Part shown: piece by piece, positions 62,848-64,000 of the stretch
Numbering within the stretch: position 1 is the first letter of the stretch
How the letters are laid out: each line of letters opens with the position of its first letter
From: Wolbachia endosymbiont of Fragariocoptes setiger
GTDB lineage: Bacteria > Pseudomonadota > Alphaproteobacteria > Rickettsiales > Anaplasmataceae
Direction of reading: 5' to 3'
Assembly (NCBI GenBank): GCA_019061405.1
Contig: JAHRAF010000005.1
Location: forward strand, 4,188 to 68,187
Length of the DNA stretch: 64,000 nt
Made by a program: the position numbers and the translations under genes
The notes under the pieces: model-generated
Told to the model about the DNA's origin: nothing
What the model saw: only the letters and a program-made list of their open reading frames with translations
Database searches by the model: none

Positions 62848-64000
62848 ATGTCTAATGTAATCACTAGATTTGCTCCATCACCAACAGGCTTTTTGCATAT
62901 AGGAGGAGCACGTACTGCTTTATTCAATTTTTTGTACTCAAGAAAGTATGGTGGTAAGTTTTTATTGAGAATTGAAGATACCGATAGAAAACGTTCTACA
63001 CAAAAAGCTATAGATGCAATAATAAGTGGTCTTATATGGCTTGAAATAAATTACGATGGAGAAGTGGTATATCAGTCAAAAAGAGTTACTAGACATATAG
63101 AGATAGCAAATCTTCTAATCAAAAAAGGTAAAGCATACTATTGCTATTGTTCTGAAAATGAAATTGAGAAAGAAAAAATACTTACGAAAAATGAAGGAAA
63201 GTTATATAAGCACAAATGTGTTATGAATTCTGCACAAAACATCAATCCTGTAGTACGATTTAAAATAGAAGATTCACAAGAAATTATTCTTAATGATCAA
63301 ATATATGGAGAAATTAAAATAAATAGTTCTCAATTTGATGACATCATCATTCTACGTTCTGATAATACCCCTACATATATCTTCGCTGTTGTAGTAGATG
63401 ATCATGATGCTGAAATCACTCATATAATAAGAGGTTCTGACCATCTAACTAATACTTTCAAACAACTATTAATATATCAAGCTTTAGACTTTGATATTCC
63501 TACTTTTGCACATGTGCCACTTATTCACGGTGAAGATGGAAATAAGTTATCAAAAAGACATGGTGCAACAAGTGTATATGACTATAAAAAAATGGGAATA
63601 CTACCTCAAGCAATGCGTAACTACTTGCTTAGACTTGGTTGGAGCCATGGTAATGATGAAATTATCAGTCACGATCAAGCCGTAGAGTGGTTTAATTTAC
63701 ATAGCATTGGACGTTCACCTGCACAACTCGATTCAAAAAAATTAGAACATTTAAATAATTATTATATCAGCAATACAAGTAATGAAGATATTTTATCTAT
63801 ACTAACTGAGGATTTAGATCTTTCTGATATCAAAAAGCATTATTTACTTCACGGATTAACAGAACTAAAAAAAAGGGCAAATTATCTCACAGAGTTACCA
63901 GAGTTAGGTAAGTTTTACATAGAAGATATACCTTTTCAGTTAAGTGAAGAAACCCTTACCATAATAAAATGTAATATAAATACAATAAATTTACTTACAT
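62848..64000 (+). CDS. gltX: Glutamyl-tRNA synthetase, 3' end beyond the window
   Basis: Not in the track. MSNVITRFAPSPTGFLHIGG, LRIEDTD, VVDDH, RGSDH and KLSKR; frame open to the window end. Confidence 0.96.
   Translation, partial: MSNVITRFAPSPTGFLHIGGARTALFNFLYSRKYGGKFLLRIEDTDRKRSTQKAIDAIISGLIWLEINYDGEVVYQSKRVTRHIEIANLLIKKGKAYYCYCSENEIEKEKILTKNEGKLYKHKCVMNSAQNINPVVRFKIEDSQEIILNDQIYGEIKINSSQFDDIIILRSDNTPTYIFAVVVDDHDAEITHIIRGSDHLTNTFKQLLIYQALDFDIPTFAHVPLIHGEDGNKLSKRHGATSVYDYKKMGILPQAMRNYLLRLGWSHGNDEIISHDQAVEWFNLHSIGRSPAQLDSKKLEHLNNYYISNTSNEDILSILTEDLDLSDIKKHYLLHGLTELKKRANYLTELPELGKFYIEDIPFQLSEETLTIIKCNINTINLLT

Overview
AT-rich 64 kb segment of an obligate intracellular Anaplasmataceae chromosome, most consistent with Wolbachia. 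This assignment is inferred from gene content and order: class I lysS next to virB3-virB4-4xvirB6, a wsp/P44-family OMP gene beside fumC, and ankyrin-TM genes. Core genes are intact: pepP, rodA, trcR, rho, carB, pstS, hda, lysC, nuoD, fabH-plsX-rpmF, lepA, dcd, ihfA, pdxH, lysS, fbaB, typA, iscS, fumC, bcp, gltX, tRNA-Ser(GGA), tRNA-Cys(GCA), and a probable 6S RNA. Several envelope/accessory genes are disrupted: trkH, an ankyrin-TM gene, a wsp-family OMP, manC and one or two hypothetical genes. A decayed IS200/IS605 element is also recognisable. There is no prophage, CRISPR or cif locus. The best candidate for undescribed biology is the T4SS operon. The large N-terminal domains of three lipobox-bearing VirB6 paralogues carry LecA/PA-IL-like (Ca2+/galactose lectin) sequence signatures. 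The last, translationally coupled gene of the operon has two EF-hand-like loops. Together these hint at a Ca2+/glycan-sensing T4SS (hypothesis only). Also notable are an orphan three-gene effector-like operon, a promoter embedded in a ~110 bp inverted repeat that covers an RBS, and an RpiB-UbiG fusion. All calls are from reading the sequence by eye; no searches were run.
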